Source of the DNA: a virus
Virus record (IMG/VR): IMGVR_UViG_3300047323_000545
Length of the DNA stretch: 64,000 nt
Direction: 5' to 3' (one strand)
Below the pieces are notes generated by a model. The model ran no database searches and was not told the origin of the DNA. It was given only the letters and a program-made list of their open reading frames with translations. This document shows, one piece after another, positions 53,486 to 62,702 of this stretch. Both the position numbers and the translations under genes were made by a program. Numbering within the stretch: the first letter of the stretch is position 1; every line of letters starts with the position of its first letter.

Positions 53486-54637
53486 TCAGGCGCGGTGGTA
53501 GGCGCGCTGCGCGATGTACTCGCCCTCGAAGAACTCCCCGCCCCCGGCGGCGGCACCCGGGCGCAGGCCGTTGCCTCGGGCGTAGGCGACCGAGGCGCGG
53601 TCGATGCTGTTCACCTCAGCGGCGGGGCCCTTGACGTACACGGCGATGATGCCGTGCCCCCGGTCCTCGGTGCGTACCAGGTACTTGCCGTGACGCTCGG
53701 CCCCCGCCCACTCGGAGGCCAGCACGCGGCGGCGCAGCTCCGTGCGCTCCGCGTCCTCCTGGGCGCGCTGGACAGCCTCGGTGAGGCGCACCTGCTCGAC
53801 GGCGGCCGTGACCGCTTCCTGTCCCTCGTCCTCGCGGGTGAAGATGATCGCGGCCGTCACCACGTGGGCGGCCCGGTTGTACGCGGCCGTCTCCTCGGCG
53901 GTGCGCTCGCGCTTGTCGGCGCACCATGCGCGCTGCGCCTGGCGGAACGCGGCGGACAGGGTGACGATCGCGGGTTCCTGGGCGAAGGCCTCCCGGTATT
54001 CCTCCGGCTGTCCGGCGAGGAACGTGGCGACGTCGGCGGCGACGTCGGCGCGGGTGATCCCCTCGTACTCCTCGGTGCGGGGCGCGGCGGCGGGGGCGGT
54101 GGGCTCGGTCATGGTGTCCTCTTCCTGGGCGGCCTGGGCTGCGTCCTCCTGGTCGAACCTACGCGCCGCGATGAGCAGCGCGTGAGTGCGGTTGTACTGG
54201 TTCAGCGCGTTGTGCGCGGCCTCGGCGCCGTTGTTCTTCATGGCGCGGCGCATCACGCGGCGCACCCGGTCGTACTCGCCCTTGAGCACCACGGAGGCGG
54301 GGGCCTGCTCGGCCTCCCGGCGGCGCTCGCCGAACCCCAGGTAGGCCAGCGCGAGCCGCTTGCCCTCGGCGACGTCGTCGCGGGTGATCTCCACCGCATC
54401 CAGCTTGGCGAGGTACTCGCGGCCCTGGCGGATGATCACGCAGTACGAGGCGAGGTCACCGCTACGGCCCAGCTTGTACCCGGGGATCCAGTCGGCCAGG
54501 CCACGGCCCACGAGCCCCTCATGGGTGCGCTGGTCGGCAGTGACGTCGATGATGCCGTCCGTGTGGGCGGCACCGGTGCGCAGCGCGCGCACCTGGACGT
54601 CAGTGGGCTTGCGGGTGATCTCGATGATCGCTGCCAT
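53486..54637 (-). CDS. Hypothetical protein, N-terminal winged-helix-like
   Basis: Start MAAIIEITRKPT; N-terminus paralogous to that of 48927-50450. Confidence 0.6.
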   Translation of the reverse strand: MAAIIEITRKPTDVQVRALRTGAAHTDGIIDVTADQRTHEGLVGRGLADWIPGYKLGRSGDLASYCVIIRQGREYLAKLDAVEITRDDVAEGKRLALAYLGFGERRREAEQAPASVVLKGEYDRVRRVMRRAMKNNGAEAAHNALNQYNRTHALLIAARRFDQEDAAQAAQEEDTMTEPTAPAAAPRTEEYEGITRADVAADVATFLAGQPEEYREAFAQEPAIVTLSAAFRQAQRAWCADKRERTAEETAAYNRAAHVVTAAIIFTREDEGQEAVTAAVEQVRLTEAVQRAQEDAERTELRRRVLASEWAGAERHGKYLVRTEDRGHGIIAVYVKGPAAEVNSIDRASVAYARGNGLRPGAAAGGGEFFEGEYIAQRAYHRA

Positions 54638-54677
54638 GGGGTGCTCCTTCGGGGTGATGTCCGGCGGGACGTTGTCC

Positions 54678-54708
54678 ACTCTACAGCAACAGTTGTCGCC
54701 AGTGTCAA
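54678..54708 (-). promoter_or_regulatory. Early promoter/operator, copy 10
   Basis: TTGACA-19-TAGAGT with GCGAC-AACT-GTTGC. Confidence 0.8.
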
Positions 54709-54784
54709 GCCGGATGCGCCGACCACTCCCGGACACGCCAGCAGGGGCGCGGGATGATCCCCACGCCCCTGCCGCCCGTGCTGG

Positions 54785-56209
54785 TCAGCCCTGGGCGCGC
54801 CCGTCGGCGTAGCCATCCCACGCGGCGGGGAGGCACTCGATACCCCCGGCGGTGAGGATCTCATCGAGGGCGCGCACCGCGCGGGCGAACGGGTCGTCAG
54901 TGGGCTTCACGGCGGCCTGCTCCCGGATCATGGCCAACAGCTCTTCCGTGCCCAGCTCCTCACCCACGGCCCACGCGTATGCGTCCTGCGTGGCCTCCTC
55001 GGCGTACGGCGCGATGGGCTCGCCGTCCTCGCCCTCCCACATCAGCGTGAGCGGGATGGACGGGTCACCCAGGGCGTTGCCCGGCGCCATGCGCACCGTG
55101 CCGTACTCCTCGGCCACCTCGTCGTGGTGGGGCAGGCACAGGGCGAGCCCCGACGCCTTGCGCGCTCCGCAGTACTCCGACGACATGCGGCCGACGGTGA
55201 TCTGATGCCCGCAGTGCTGGCCGCCGCGCCACGGCTCGCGGTCGAGGATGACGGCCTCCGCCTGGGTGTCGATCACGGCAGTGCTCGGGAGGCCGTACTC
55301 CCGGGCGCACGACAGGGCGCGGGCGCGGTGGGCGAACCGCATCCAGTCGCGGGTGTCCTTGCCGACGGGCACCACGTAGCGGGCGGGGGTCTCGTCGTCC
55401 TCCTCGACGGCCACGCGCTGCGGCACGAACCAGGAGTAGTACACGTGGATCATGCCGTCCTCGGTGCGCACGGCGCGGTGACCCTGCTCGGCGTTGTTCT
55501 TGATCGCCTCGCGGACGTTCGCGGCCTTGTGGATGCCCATGTCCCCGGCATCCTCGAACAGCACGCCGACGAACATCCGGTAGTCGACCTCCTCGACGTC
55601 CTCGACCGTGACGGGAGTGGGCTCCTCGACGGTGGTCTCCTCGGCAGGCCCCCAGTGGGTGAGGATGAACTCATACTCCCGGGGGAAGCCGTCGCCGGTG
55701 TGGGCGATGAGGCGCGCGGGGGGCTCATCGCCCTGCGGGCCGGTGCCGTACTCCTCGATGCGCTGCCCCTTGGTCAGGAGCAGGGAGAGCATGACGATGG
55801 CCTGTTCGGCGGTCATGTCCTCGGTGGTGGGGGCGCTGCCCAGGGTCCGCGTGATGACCCGGGCCCCGGCGATGTTGCCAAGGATGAGCGCGGCAGCGGC
55901 TCGGGAGATCCCTGCGTTGGAGCGGATGGCGGCGCGGTGCCATTCGGTGGCCTTGCTGCCGGGGGTGCCCATCATGATCACAAAGCCGTTGCGCAGGGTC
56001 GTGAGGCTCTTCGGGGTGAGGTAGAAGTGCCCCACGGGGCGCCCGCTGCCGTCGCGGGTCTCCTCCATCTCGACCATGCCGCGAGCGGTCAGCGCGGTCC
56101 GGGTGCTGCCCCGGGTGAGGGACTGGTAACGGCCGTCGCTGCCCTGGTAGGCGAGCGCGGCCAGCATGGCGCGAATCATGGGGTCGCTCAGGCGGGTGGA
56201 GGTGGCCAT
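54785..56209 (-). CDS. Multidomain hypothetical protein, N-terminal winged-helix-like
   Basis: LSDPMIRAML...T..AL.ARGMV...YLT; AAGGAG RBS. Confidence 0.6.
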   Translation of the reverse strand: MATSTRLSDPMIRAMLAALAYQGSDGRYQSLTRGSTRTALTARGMVEMEETRDGSGRPVGHFYLTPKSLTTLRNGFVIMMGTPGSKATEWHRAAIRSNAGISRAAAALILGNIAGARVITRTLGSAPTTEDMTAEQAIVMLSLLLTKGQRIEEYGTGPQGDEPPARLIAHTGDGFPREYEFILTHWGPAEETTVEEPTPVTVEDVEEVDYRMFVGVLFEDAGDMGIHKAANVREAIKNNAEQGHRAVRTEDGMIHVYYSWFVPQRVAVEEDDETPARYVVPVGKDTRDWMRFAHRARALSCAREYGLPSTAVIDTQAEAVILDREPWRGGQHCGHQITVGRMSSEYCGARKASGLALCLPHHDEVAEEYGTVRMAPGNALGDPSIPLTLMWEGEDGEPIAPYAEEATQDAYAWAVGEELGTEELLAMIREQAAVKPTDDPFARAVRALDEILTAGGIECLPAAWDGYADGRAQG

Positions 56210-56251
56210 GGGTGGGGCTCCTTCGTGGTGGTGTCCGGCGGGACGTCGCCC

Positions 56252-56282
56252 ACTCTACAGCAACAGTTGTTGCCCGTGTCAA
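56252..56282 (-). promoter_or_regulatory. Early promoter/operator, copy 11
   Basis: TTGACA-19-TAGAGT with GCAAC-AACT-GTTGC. Confidence 0.8.
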
Positions 56283-56435
56283 CCCTGAAATGCCAGCAGG
56301 CAGGAACCGGGCGCACTGCCCTGGTCCTGCCTGCTGAACTCCCGCCGTCGGCAACCGTCTAGGCGGCCCCTCTCCTGCTCGCGGTGGTCGGCCCCTACCT
56401 GGGGCGCTTCGGCCTCTTCGGTCGGCGCGGGTGGC

Positions 56436-56714
56436 TCATCCGGTCACCTCCTGGATGATCTCTCGGGTGAAGCGCCAGCCGTGGCGGCTGTCGCGGCCGT
56501 TGAACAGGCACGGGCGCACGGTGATCTCATCGGCGCTGCCGCGCACGGTGATCTCGTGGTGCGCGCTGCGCCACGCCCTGATGTGGGCTGTCACAGACTC
56601 GCCGTCGATGAGGCTGCCTCCCATGAGCGCCCACAACGCGCCGCCGTCCTCCGTGCGCTCACCCTTGTACAGGTCGGCGGATGGAACAGCGCTCTCATCG
56701 AAGAGCTGCGTCAC
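56436..56714 (-). CDS. Hypothetical protein
   Basis: GTGA overlap start. Confidence 0.55.
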   Translation of the reverse strand: MTQLFDESAVPSADLYKGERTEDGGALWALMGGSLIDGESVTAHIRAWRSAHHEITVRGSADEITVRPCLFNGRDSRHGWRFTREIIQEVTG

Positions 56715-57343
56715 TGCTCCCCGCCCTCGGCTTCACGGAGGGTGGCGCATACCTGCGACCAGCGCGCGCACTCCACGGGCGCGCCGTCGCGGGTGACGGT
56801 CCACGACATGTCACCGTCGGCCCAGTCGACGCCGTCGGCGTGGTGGTCGAGGGCGAGCACGGCGTGAACCTGGACGGCTCCCCGGCGGGCGATGAGGTGG
56901 TGGCCGTCGGTGTCGGGGTAGGCGTCCTCAGGACGCACGCGCGCACCGCTCCTGAGCAGGCTCGTCATTGCGGTCCTGAGCGGTTCGGGCATCGGGTTGG
57001 TTCGCACGGTGTAACGGCCCGCCGTCGCCTCCTCCTCGTCGCGCTCGACGGTGGCGACGTACGCGCTGGAGGTGTCGCGCCACTGGCCCGCGACGCGCCA
57101 CCCAGCCGCGCGCATGAGCGCCTCGGCCTCGTTGATGCCGTCCTGGGCGTCACCGTCCTTGGCGTTCACGGTGGTGACGGCATAGAACGGCTGCGGCTTG
57201 CTGGTGTCATCCGACCAGTGGGTTTCGTTGTCCGGATCCGCTCCCAACAACTCGTCTTCAATGATCGTGACGTCCATGTTCGGCTGGTCCAGCACGCTAC
57301 TGCCGGTGGCCATCCAGGCCGTGAAGTGGCGGCGGGTCGTCAT
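56711..57343 (-). CDS. Hypothetical protein
   Basis: GAGG RBS, CCCGCCA leader. Confidence 0.6.
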   Translation of the reverse strand: MTTRRHFTAWMATGSSVLDQPNMDVTIIEDELLGADPDNETHWSDDTSKPQPFYAVTTVNAKDGDAQDGINEAEALMRAAGWRVAGQWRDTSSAYVATVERDEEEATAGRYTVRTNPMPEPLRTAMTSLLRSGARVRPEDAYPDTDGHHLIARRGAVQVHAVLALDHHADGVDWADGDMSWTVTRDGAPVECARWSQVCATLREAEGGEQ

Positions 57344-57378
57344 GCGTCCCCCTCGGGGTGTCTGGCGGGTGGTGGAGT

Positions 57379-57446
57379 GCCCCGGACAGGCATCGAACCT
57401 GACTCGGACCGTGCCCCGCCCGATCGGCGGCGGGCGGGGCCAGGGC
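57379..57446 (-). ncRNA. tRNA-like element 1
   Basis: GCCCTGG/CCGGGGC acceptor-like stem; GC hairpin; T-arm CAGG-TTCGATG-CCTG; followed by ACTCCA. Confidence 0.7.
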
Positions 57447-57454
57447 TGCCGTGC

Positions 57455-57712
57455 TCAGTGCTGGCAGCCGCCGCGCCAGTCGGACAGGGCGCCGCTGATC
57501 ACGTCGCCGACGGTGTTCTCGCCCTCCTCGTTGAACTCACCCCAGTTCTGGTGCAGCCACTCGGAGAAGGGGCGGGCGGAGTAGGCGGGCAACTCGTTCT
57601 CCGCGAGGACGTACTCAAAGATCATTTGCGCGTCGACCTCCTGCACCCCCTCCCGCTCGTCCTGCTCGACGTCGCCGGACTGCGCGAGCGCCTTCGGGTT
57701 GATCTTGTCCAT
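57455..57712 (-). CDS. Small acidic hypothetical protein
   Basis: 85 aa, GAGG RBS. Confidence 0.6.
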   Translation of the reverse strand: MDKINPKALAQSGDVEQDEREGVQEVDAQMIFEYVLAENELPAYSARPFSEWLHQNWGEFNEEGENTVGDVISGALSDWRGGCQH

Positions 57713-57747
57713 GCTCTGTCCCTCGTGGTGGTGGGATGGTGCGGAGC

Positions 57748-57809
57748 GCCCCGGACCGGAGTCGAACCGGACCGAGCCGCCACGCCCCCTCGCGGGGGCG
57801 GGCCGGGGC
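57748..57809 (-). ncRNA. tRNA-like element 2
   Basis: GCCCCGG/CCGGGGC stem; CGCCCCC-GCGA-GGGGGCG hairpin with GNRA loop; T-arm CCGG-TTCGACT-CCGG. Confidence 0.7.
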
Positions 57810-57817
57810 TGGTGGTG

Positions 57818-58261
57818 CTACTTGTCCGCCTGGTAGCGGTTGTGGGCGCGGAAGGCCGCGCGGCGCTCCTCGATCGGAAGCGTCTCGTCCTTGATCTTGG
57901 CCTTGTTGGCCTCGATGTCCTCTCGCGGGGACTCGGCGGTGATGATCGGCCGCTCGACGCACAGCAGCTCTCCACGCCTGATCAGGTCGGTAGAGCCGTC
58001 GGCGTAGAACACCTCGGCCGTGCCGGGGTCGGCGTCCTCGGCCCGCTCAACCCGCGCGATCTCCTTGAACTTGTCCAGGTGGCCATGGGCGGCCCACGGC
58101 TGCTCGGGCTTGCGGTGGTTACCGGCCGCCGTCCGGGTGGTGTAGTGGGGGATACGGTCGGCCGCCAGACCCTTCAGGCCGATGATCCGCTTGTACTCCG
58201 GGGCGTCGTCACGGGCGGCGACCACTGCTTCGCCGGGCGTCAGGTTGTCGAAGGTGCTCAT
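57818..58261 (-). CDS. Hypothetical protein
   Basis: First gene after an early promoter. Confidence 0.6.
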   Translation of the reverse strand: MSTFDNLTPGEAVVAARDDAPEYKRIIGLKGLAADRIPHYTTRTAAGNHRKPEQPWAAHGHLDKFKEIARVERAEDADPGTAEVFYADGSTDLIRRGELLCVERPIITAESPREDIEANKAKIKDETLPIEERRAAFRAHNRYQADK

Positions 58262-58314
58262 GCGGGTCTCATCTCTGGTGGCGGGAAGTGCCGGGTTCCC
58301 CCGGCTGTGATTCC

Positions 58315-58343
58315 ACTCTATAGCAACAGGCGTTGCGTGTCTA
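58315..58343 (-). promoter_or_regulatory. Early promoter/operator, copy 12
   Basis: TAGACA-17-TAGAGT with GCAAC-GCCT-GTTGC. Confidence 0.8.
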
Positions 58344-58349
58344 CTGTGC

Positions 58350-58413
58350 GCCCCGGGCAGGCATTGAACCTGCCTCGGTCCGGCGCCCCGCCCTGGGTGG
58401 GCGGGGCCGGGGC
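58350..58413 (-). ncRNA. tRNA-like element 3
   Basis: GCCCCGG/CCGGGGC stem; CCCCGCCC-ACCCA-GGGCGGGG hairpin; perfect T-arm GCAGG-TTCAATG-CCTGC. Confidence 0.7.
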
Positions 58414-58420
58414 GGTGGTG

Positions 58421-59086
58421 CTAGAGCGCGCTAGCGAAGTCGTCGTAGGCGTCGCCCAGGAAGGTGCGCAGCTCCGCGTGCAGGGCCGCGAAGGCGTTGT
58501 ACCGGGCCTGGATCTCCTTGGGCTCGCCGCTGACGCTCATGTCAGCCGCCCACTCCTGGGCGTTATCCCAGGCATCGGCGTTGGCGGCGTCGGAGAGCAG
58601 GGCTTCCAGTACCTCGGCGGCCTCCGGCGCGACCAGGCAACCGCCGTTCTGCGGGAGGCTGTTGGCGTAGCTCTGGCCGTACCCACGGAACAGCATGGTG
58701 CGCCGCTGGGGGTTCTCGTCGCCGCCGTACATGTTCATGTCGGTCACGATGGTCAGCACCACGTCGTACACGTCGTAGTCGTGCTCGCGGGTCGGGGAGC
58801 CGTTGAAGCTGTTGACGTAGATCGGGATGATCTTGATGCCGTGCTCCGCGATCAGGTCGTCGAGGGACTTGTCGCCGTCCTCGTCCTCGGCCGGGGTGAC
58901 CAGTTCACGGGGGATCGCGGGGACCTGGTGGGGGTACTTGTAGTAATCCCCGTCGATGGCCACGTGGACGACCTCGCCGCCGTGGTCGCGGTCGACCGTG
59001 CCGGTCGCGGCCGGGAACAGGTGGCCGTCGCGCTCGGTCTCGGCGATCTCGACGCGGTCACCGGCGGCGAACTGGATGTAGGCCAT
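58421..59086 (-). CDS. Hypothetical protein
   Basis: Start MAYIQF with AAGGAG RBS. Confidence 0.6.
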   Translation of the reverse strand: MAYIQFAAGDRVEIAETERDGHLFPAATGTVDRDHGGEVVHVAIDGDYYKYPHQVPAIPRELVTPAEDEDGDKSLDDLIAEHGIKIIPIYVNSFNGSPTREHDYDVYDVVLTIVTDMNMYGGDENPQRRTMLFRGYGQSYANSLPQNGGCLVAPEAAEVLEALLSDAANADAWDNAQEWAADMSVSGEPKEIQARYNAFAALHAELRTFLGDAYDDFASAL

Positions 59087-59148
59087 GGGGTACTCCTTGG
59101 AAGTTGTGGCGGGGCTTTCCTCCGGGCTTCCCCGGCGGGCATGGCCCC

Positions 59149-59179
59149 ACTCTATCGCAACACGTGTTGCCTGTGTCAA
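59149..59179 (-). promoter_or_regulatory. Early promoter/operator, copy 13
   Basis: TTGACA-19-TAGAGT with GCAAC-ACGT-GTTGC. Confidence 0.8.
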
Positions 59180-59210
59180 GTCGAGTGGGGCCACTTCATG
59201 TCAGTGCAGG

Positions 59211-61484
59211 TCAGGCGATGCGCGCGGGCTCCTGGAGCACCATGCCGCCGTCGGCGGTGGTCACCTTGTAGACCCACCCGGCGGCCTCCAGGACCCCCCT
59301 GTACGTCTCCATGTGCTCCTCCCACCGGGCAGAGTCCTGCGGCACCGGCGAGCCGCACACCACCCAGTGCACGACCACCTGTTCGGGGAAGTTCGGCACC
59401 GGCCGCACCCACGGCCCGAACGCCTCGGTGCTCAGGTTCTCCGCAGGCAGCAGCCAGCCCCCGCCCGTGCCCCTCATGAGCGCCTGCCCGGCCTCGGCGG
59501 TCACCTGGGGCACCACCATCACGCGCACGTTGCCACGGAAGTCCCGGTTCCCGCTCTCGCGGTAGGCGTGCACGGTGAGCAGCCACCGCGCGCCGGAGTG
59601 TTCCAGGGTGACGCGCGGGGTGTTGCGGCTGTGGAGCTTCTCCGGCCCCACCTGTTCGCGGTAGGACTGGAGGCGGGCGCGGGCCTGGCGCCCGGTCATC
59701 GTCTCGACGTCACCGGCCGACGTGGACACCTGGTAAACGGTGGCGTCGTCCAGGGCCAGGAGCGCGGCCGTCTCCTTCATGGCGTTGTTGTGCACCCGGG
59801 CCATTTCCCGGGCGTACATGGGCACGACGTTGCTGTCGGGCTCGTGCCCGGTCCAGTCCTCGAAGACGGGGGCGGCCTGGATGCCGTCGTACATGCGGAC
59901 CACGGTCCGCATGCGCTCCCGGAAGACCTCGAAGCGGCAGCCCTCGGGCGGCTCGGGCATCGCCTGCAACGGCTCCTGCGGGCGCTGGATCCGACCGTAC
60001 GCGTCCAGCTCCAGCGCGCCGGTGTTCAGCCCCCCGGCCTGCTCCTCGCAACGCTCCTGACTGCCCGTGGCGGCCCACAGCTCCGTGTCGACGTCGCGCA
60101 CGCCCCACAGGTGATCACTGATCTTCTGCACCTCGAAGCGCGGCGGCGCGACCTTCCGCACCCGGTCGCTGTTCCACTCGCCCGGCTCGGTCATCGGGTT
60201 GTCCGGGCCGATCTTCCGGGAGATGTCCCGGCCCTTGATCACCTTGTACTCGAACGAGCCGTCGGCGTGGGTCTGGCCGACGCCGACCACCACGGCGGTG
60301 CCCTTGGGTGCCTGCACGCTGGTGGCCCACGCCTGGACGGCGTGCCGCACGCGGGTGCCGACGGGCAGCGGGGCATGCCGGGCGGCCTCCTGGCGGGCGC
60401 GCTCGTCGAACTCGGCGCGGTGCTCGGCGCGGGCGCGGTCGCCGCTCTCCCGCAGCTGTGCGCGGGTCTCGTCGCTCAGGCCGAACCGGACCTTCACCGG
60501 GCCCTCGGGCAGCTCCTGGGGCGCCTCACCCCGGGTCTGTGCGGCGGTGACGCCCTCGGGCAGCGGGGAGGTGCGCCAGGCGTGCAGGCGCTTGCCGATG
60601 ACGCGGCCGTCGGTCTCCCATCCGGCGGCGCGGAGGGTGTCGCGGTAGGTGCGCAGGATCTTGCGGCGCTCGGCGTCGGGGAGGCTGTTCCACATGTCGA
60701 CGCCGTCGACCAGGTGGCCGACCAGGACGGCGCTCTCGCGGGCGTAGATCACGAAGCCGGTGCCGAACGCGGTGTCATCCACCCCGTCATCACTCCGGTT
60801 CGACAGCTCAGCCGGGATGTGCCCGGCGGCCACGAGGGCGCCGTACGCGTCGCGGACATTGGCGTTGTCGGCGTACTCGGCCGGGATGCCGAGGGTGTGA
60901 CCGGCGGGGATCACCACGCCCTCAACGGCCGGGCGGGCGGGGGCCGCTTCCGTCGGCTCCTCGGCGACCATGCACGGCCACTCCACCCCCGGGCGCTGGG
61001 GGGTGAGCACGTGGGTACGCGGCCCGCTGTTCGTGCTGAGTCCGTGAACGGTGATGACGCCGCTCGCGTCGTCGCGGGTGGTACCCGTACGGGTCTCGTG
61101 CGCGGCGAGGCGCTCGGCCTCCTGGCGGTCCACGTCCTTGTGCGCGTAGACCGTGCCGTCGGCGTCGATGATGTCCAGGTGGTACGTGTCCGCGTCCGTC
61201 CACCCGCTGGGGGCGGCGGCCTGCTCGGGGGTCTTCTCCTGGGGGATGCGGGCGATGATCGCGGTCTTCTTCCAGCGGCGCGGGGGCCGCTCCTCGTCGG
61301 TCTCGGTCGACTTCAGGTGCACGAGCAGGAAGCAGCGGGACGCCTCCTCGATCTTCGTCACCGTGGAGGTGATGCCGCCGTTCCACATGACGCGGTCGCC
61401 GACCTCCAGGTTCTGGGCCTCGTCGGCGGGCACCCAGCCCATGCCCTGGATGCGGGTCTTCTTCGCGTTCTCGGGGGTGGCCAT
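59211..61484 (-). CDS. Large modular hypothetical protein
   Basis: Start MATPENA with AAGGAGG RBS; internal repeat (TYR..L.AAGW twice). Confidence 0.65.
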   Translation of the reverse strand: MATPENAKKTRIQGMGWVPADEAQNLEVGDRVMWNGGITSTVTKIEEASRCFLLVHLKSTETDEERPPRRWKKTAIIARIPQEKTPEQAAAPSGWTDADTYHLDIIDADGTVYAHKDVDRQEAERLAAHETRTGTTRDDASGVITVHGLSTNSGPRTHVLTPQRPGVEWPCMVAEEPTEAAPARPAVEGVVIPAGHTLGIPAEYADNANVRDAYGALVAAGHIPAELSNRSDDGVDDTAFGTGFVIYARESAVLVGHLVDGVDMWNSLPDAERRKILRTYRDTLRAAGWETDGRVIGKRLHAWRTSPLPEGVTAAQTRGEAPQELPEGPVKVRFGLSDETRAQLRESGDRARAEHRAEFDERARQEAARHAPLPVGTRVRHAVQAWATSVQAPKGTAVVVGVGQTHADGSFEYKVIKGRDISRKIGPDNPMTEPGEWNSDRVRKVAPPRFEVQKISDHLWGVRDVDTELWAATGSQERCEEQAGGLNTGALELDAYGRIQRPQEPLQAMPEPPEGCRFEVFRERMRTVVRMYDGIQAAPVFEDWTGHEPDSNVVPMYAREMARVHNNAMKETAALLALDDATVYQVSTSAGDVETMTGRQARARLQSYREQVGPEKLHSRNTPRVTLEHSGARWLLTVHAYRESGNRDFRGNVRVMVVPQVTAEAGQALMRGTGGGWLLPAENLSTEAFGPWVRPVPNFPEQVVVHWVVCGSPVPQDSARWEEHMETYRGVLEAAGWVYKVTTADGGMVLQEPARIA

Positions 61485-61525
61485 TGCGGGCCCTCCTTGT
61501 GTTCCTTGGCGGGTTGACATGCCCC

Positions 61526-61554
61526 ACACTATAGCAACATCTGTTGCGTGTCTA
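61526..61554 (-). promoter_or_regulatory. Early promoter/operator, copy 14
   Basis: TAGACA-17-TAGTGT with GCAAC-AGAT-GTTGC. Confidence 0.8.
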
Positions 61555-61570
61555 CTGGGTCCGGGAAGAC

Positions 61571-61601
61571 GACGGCCCGCCCCGGTGTGGGGCGGGCCGT
61601 C
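61571..61601. terminator. Hairpin
   Basis: GACGGCCCGCCCC/GGGGCGGGCCGTC just after the 61608 stop. Confidence 0.55.
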
Positions 61602-61607
61602 CGCAGG

Positions 61608-62702
61608 TCAGAGGGGCTTATTCAGCTTGGTCAGGGGGCGCGTCCACTCCTCCGCCGGGTCCAACGAGCGGGGCTTGCCGGGCAGGTTGGGGTCTCCCTT
61701 GTACAGACGGCGGGAGGCGGGGGCGCCCCGGCGGGTGTCCGCCAGAATGGTTGCGGTCTTCTCCCCGCCCTCCTCGCCGAAACCGACGATCTCACCTGCG
61801 TACAGGAACCCATCGACGGTCTTGAACTCGGCTCGCTGCCCCTGCCGCCAACGGCGCCCCTTGCTGTCGTAGGCGTACGGCACCGGAGCGGCCTGCGGCT
61901 TCTCCTCGGCCTCCTCCGGGGCGCTGGCGGCCTCCTGTGGGGCTTCCTCGATCTCATCCTCATCGTGGATGCCGAGGGGGTTGTCGTCGGCGTCGTACTG
62001 CTCGGCCTCCGCCTTCGCGGCGCGTTCGGCGCGCAGCTTGCGCAGACGGGCGGGACGATCCGGCGCCGACCCGGTGATGTGAAACAGGTGGTGCTCGATG
62101 GCTGGGGCGGGCTCCTCGAAGGTCCACCCGTTGGCGGTCAGCGCCTCCCGTACGGGGGTGATGCCCTCCTCATCGTCGAGGGCGATCCGGATGTGGTCGA
62201 TCTGGTCGACGACGTCCACCCCCCACGGCCCAGGCGCGCCCTCCCGCAAGGCGCGGGCGACGCTGGCGGCCCCGGGCAGGCCCTTGGGGCGGGCGGGCAG
62301 CTCCTCGCGCCGGGTGACGTACAGAGAAGTGCTCACCCAGCCGCCGACGGTCCGGTACTGCGAGACCTCGACGGCGTAACGGGGGGCGAGTGCGGCAGCG
62401 TAGTCACGAATGCGCTGTTCTTCCTCGGGGTGTGGGGGCAGTTTGCCGAAGTCGTCGGCGCTGAGCCCGAGCCGCGAAAGGCGCCGATCCACACTGTCCC
62501 AGTCTTCACGCCAGCTCACGGAGATGGCGTTGCGGATGCCCGCCTTGCTGACCTTGGCTCCGGCACCGCTGCCCCCCATACGACCGGTGTAGCGGGCGAG
62601 CTTGAACCCGGCGCGGTTGAGGTGCGCGGCGACGTGCACGACGGTGGGGTTGCCCCCGGGCTTGCCCTTGGCCGCCGGGGCGGTGTCGTCGGTGGTGGCC
62701 AT
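61608..62702 (-). CDS. Hypothetical protein
   Basis: AGGAGG RBS, 364 aa. Confidence 0.6.
   Translation of the reverse strand: MATTDDTAPAAKGKPGGNPTVVHVAAHLNRAGFKLARYTGRMGGSGAGAKVSKAGIRNAISVSWREDWDSVDRRLSRLGLSADDFGKLPPHPEEEQRIRDYAAALAPRYAVEVSQYRTVGGWVSTSLYVTRREELPARPKGLPGAASVARALREGAPGPWGVDVVDQIDHIRIALDDEEGITPVREALTANGWTFEEPAPAIEHHLFHITGSAPDRPARLRKLRAERAAKAEAEQYDADDNPLGIHDEDEIEEAPQEAASAPEEAEEKPQAAPVPYAYDSKGRRWRQGQRAEFKTVDGFLYAGEIVGFGEEGGEKTATILADTRRGAPASRRLYKGDPNLPGKPRSLDPAEEWTRPLTKLNKPL

Noticed and set aside
57379-58413. Canonical tRNA genes
   Set aside because: No D-arm, no 5-bp/7-nt anticodon arm and no in-register CCA; reported as tRNA-like elements instead.
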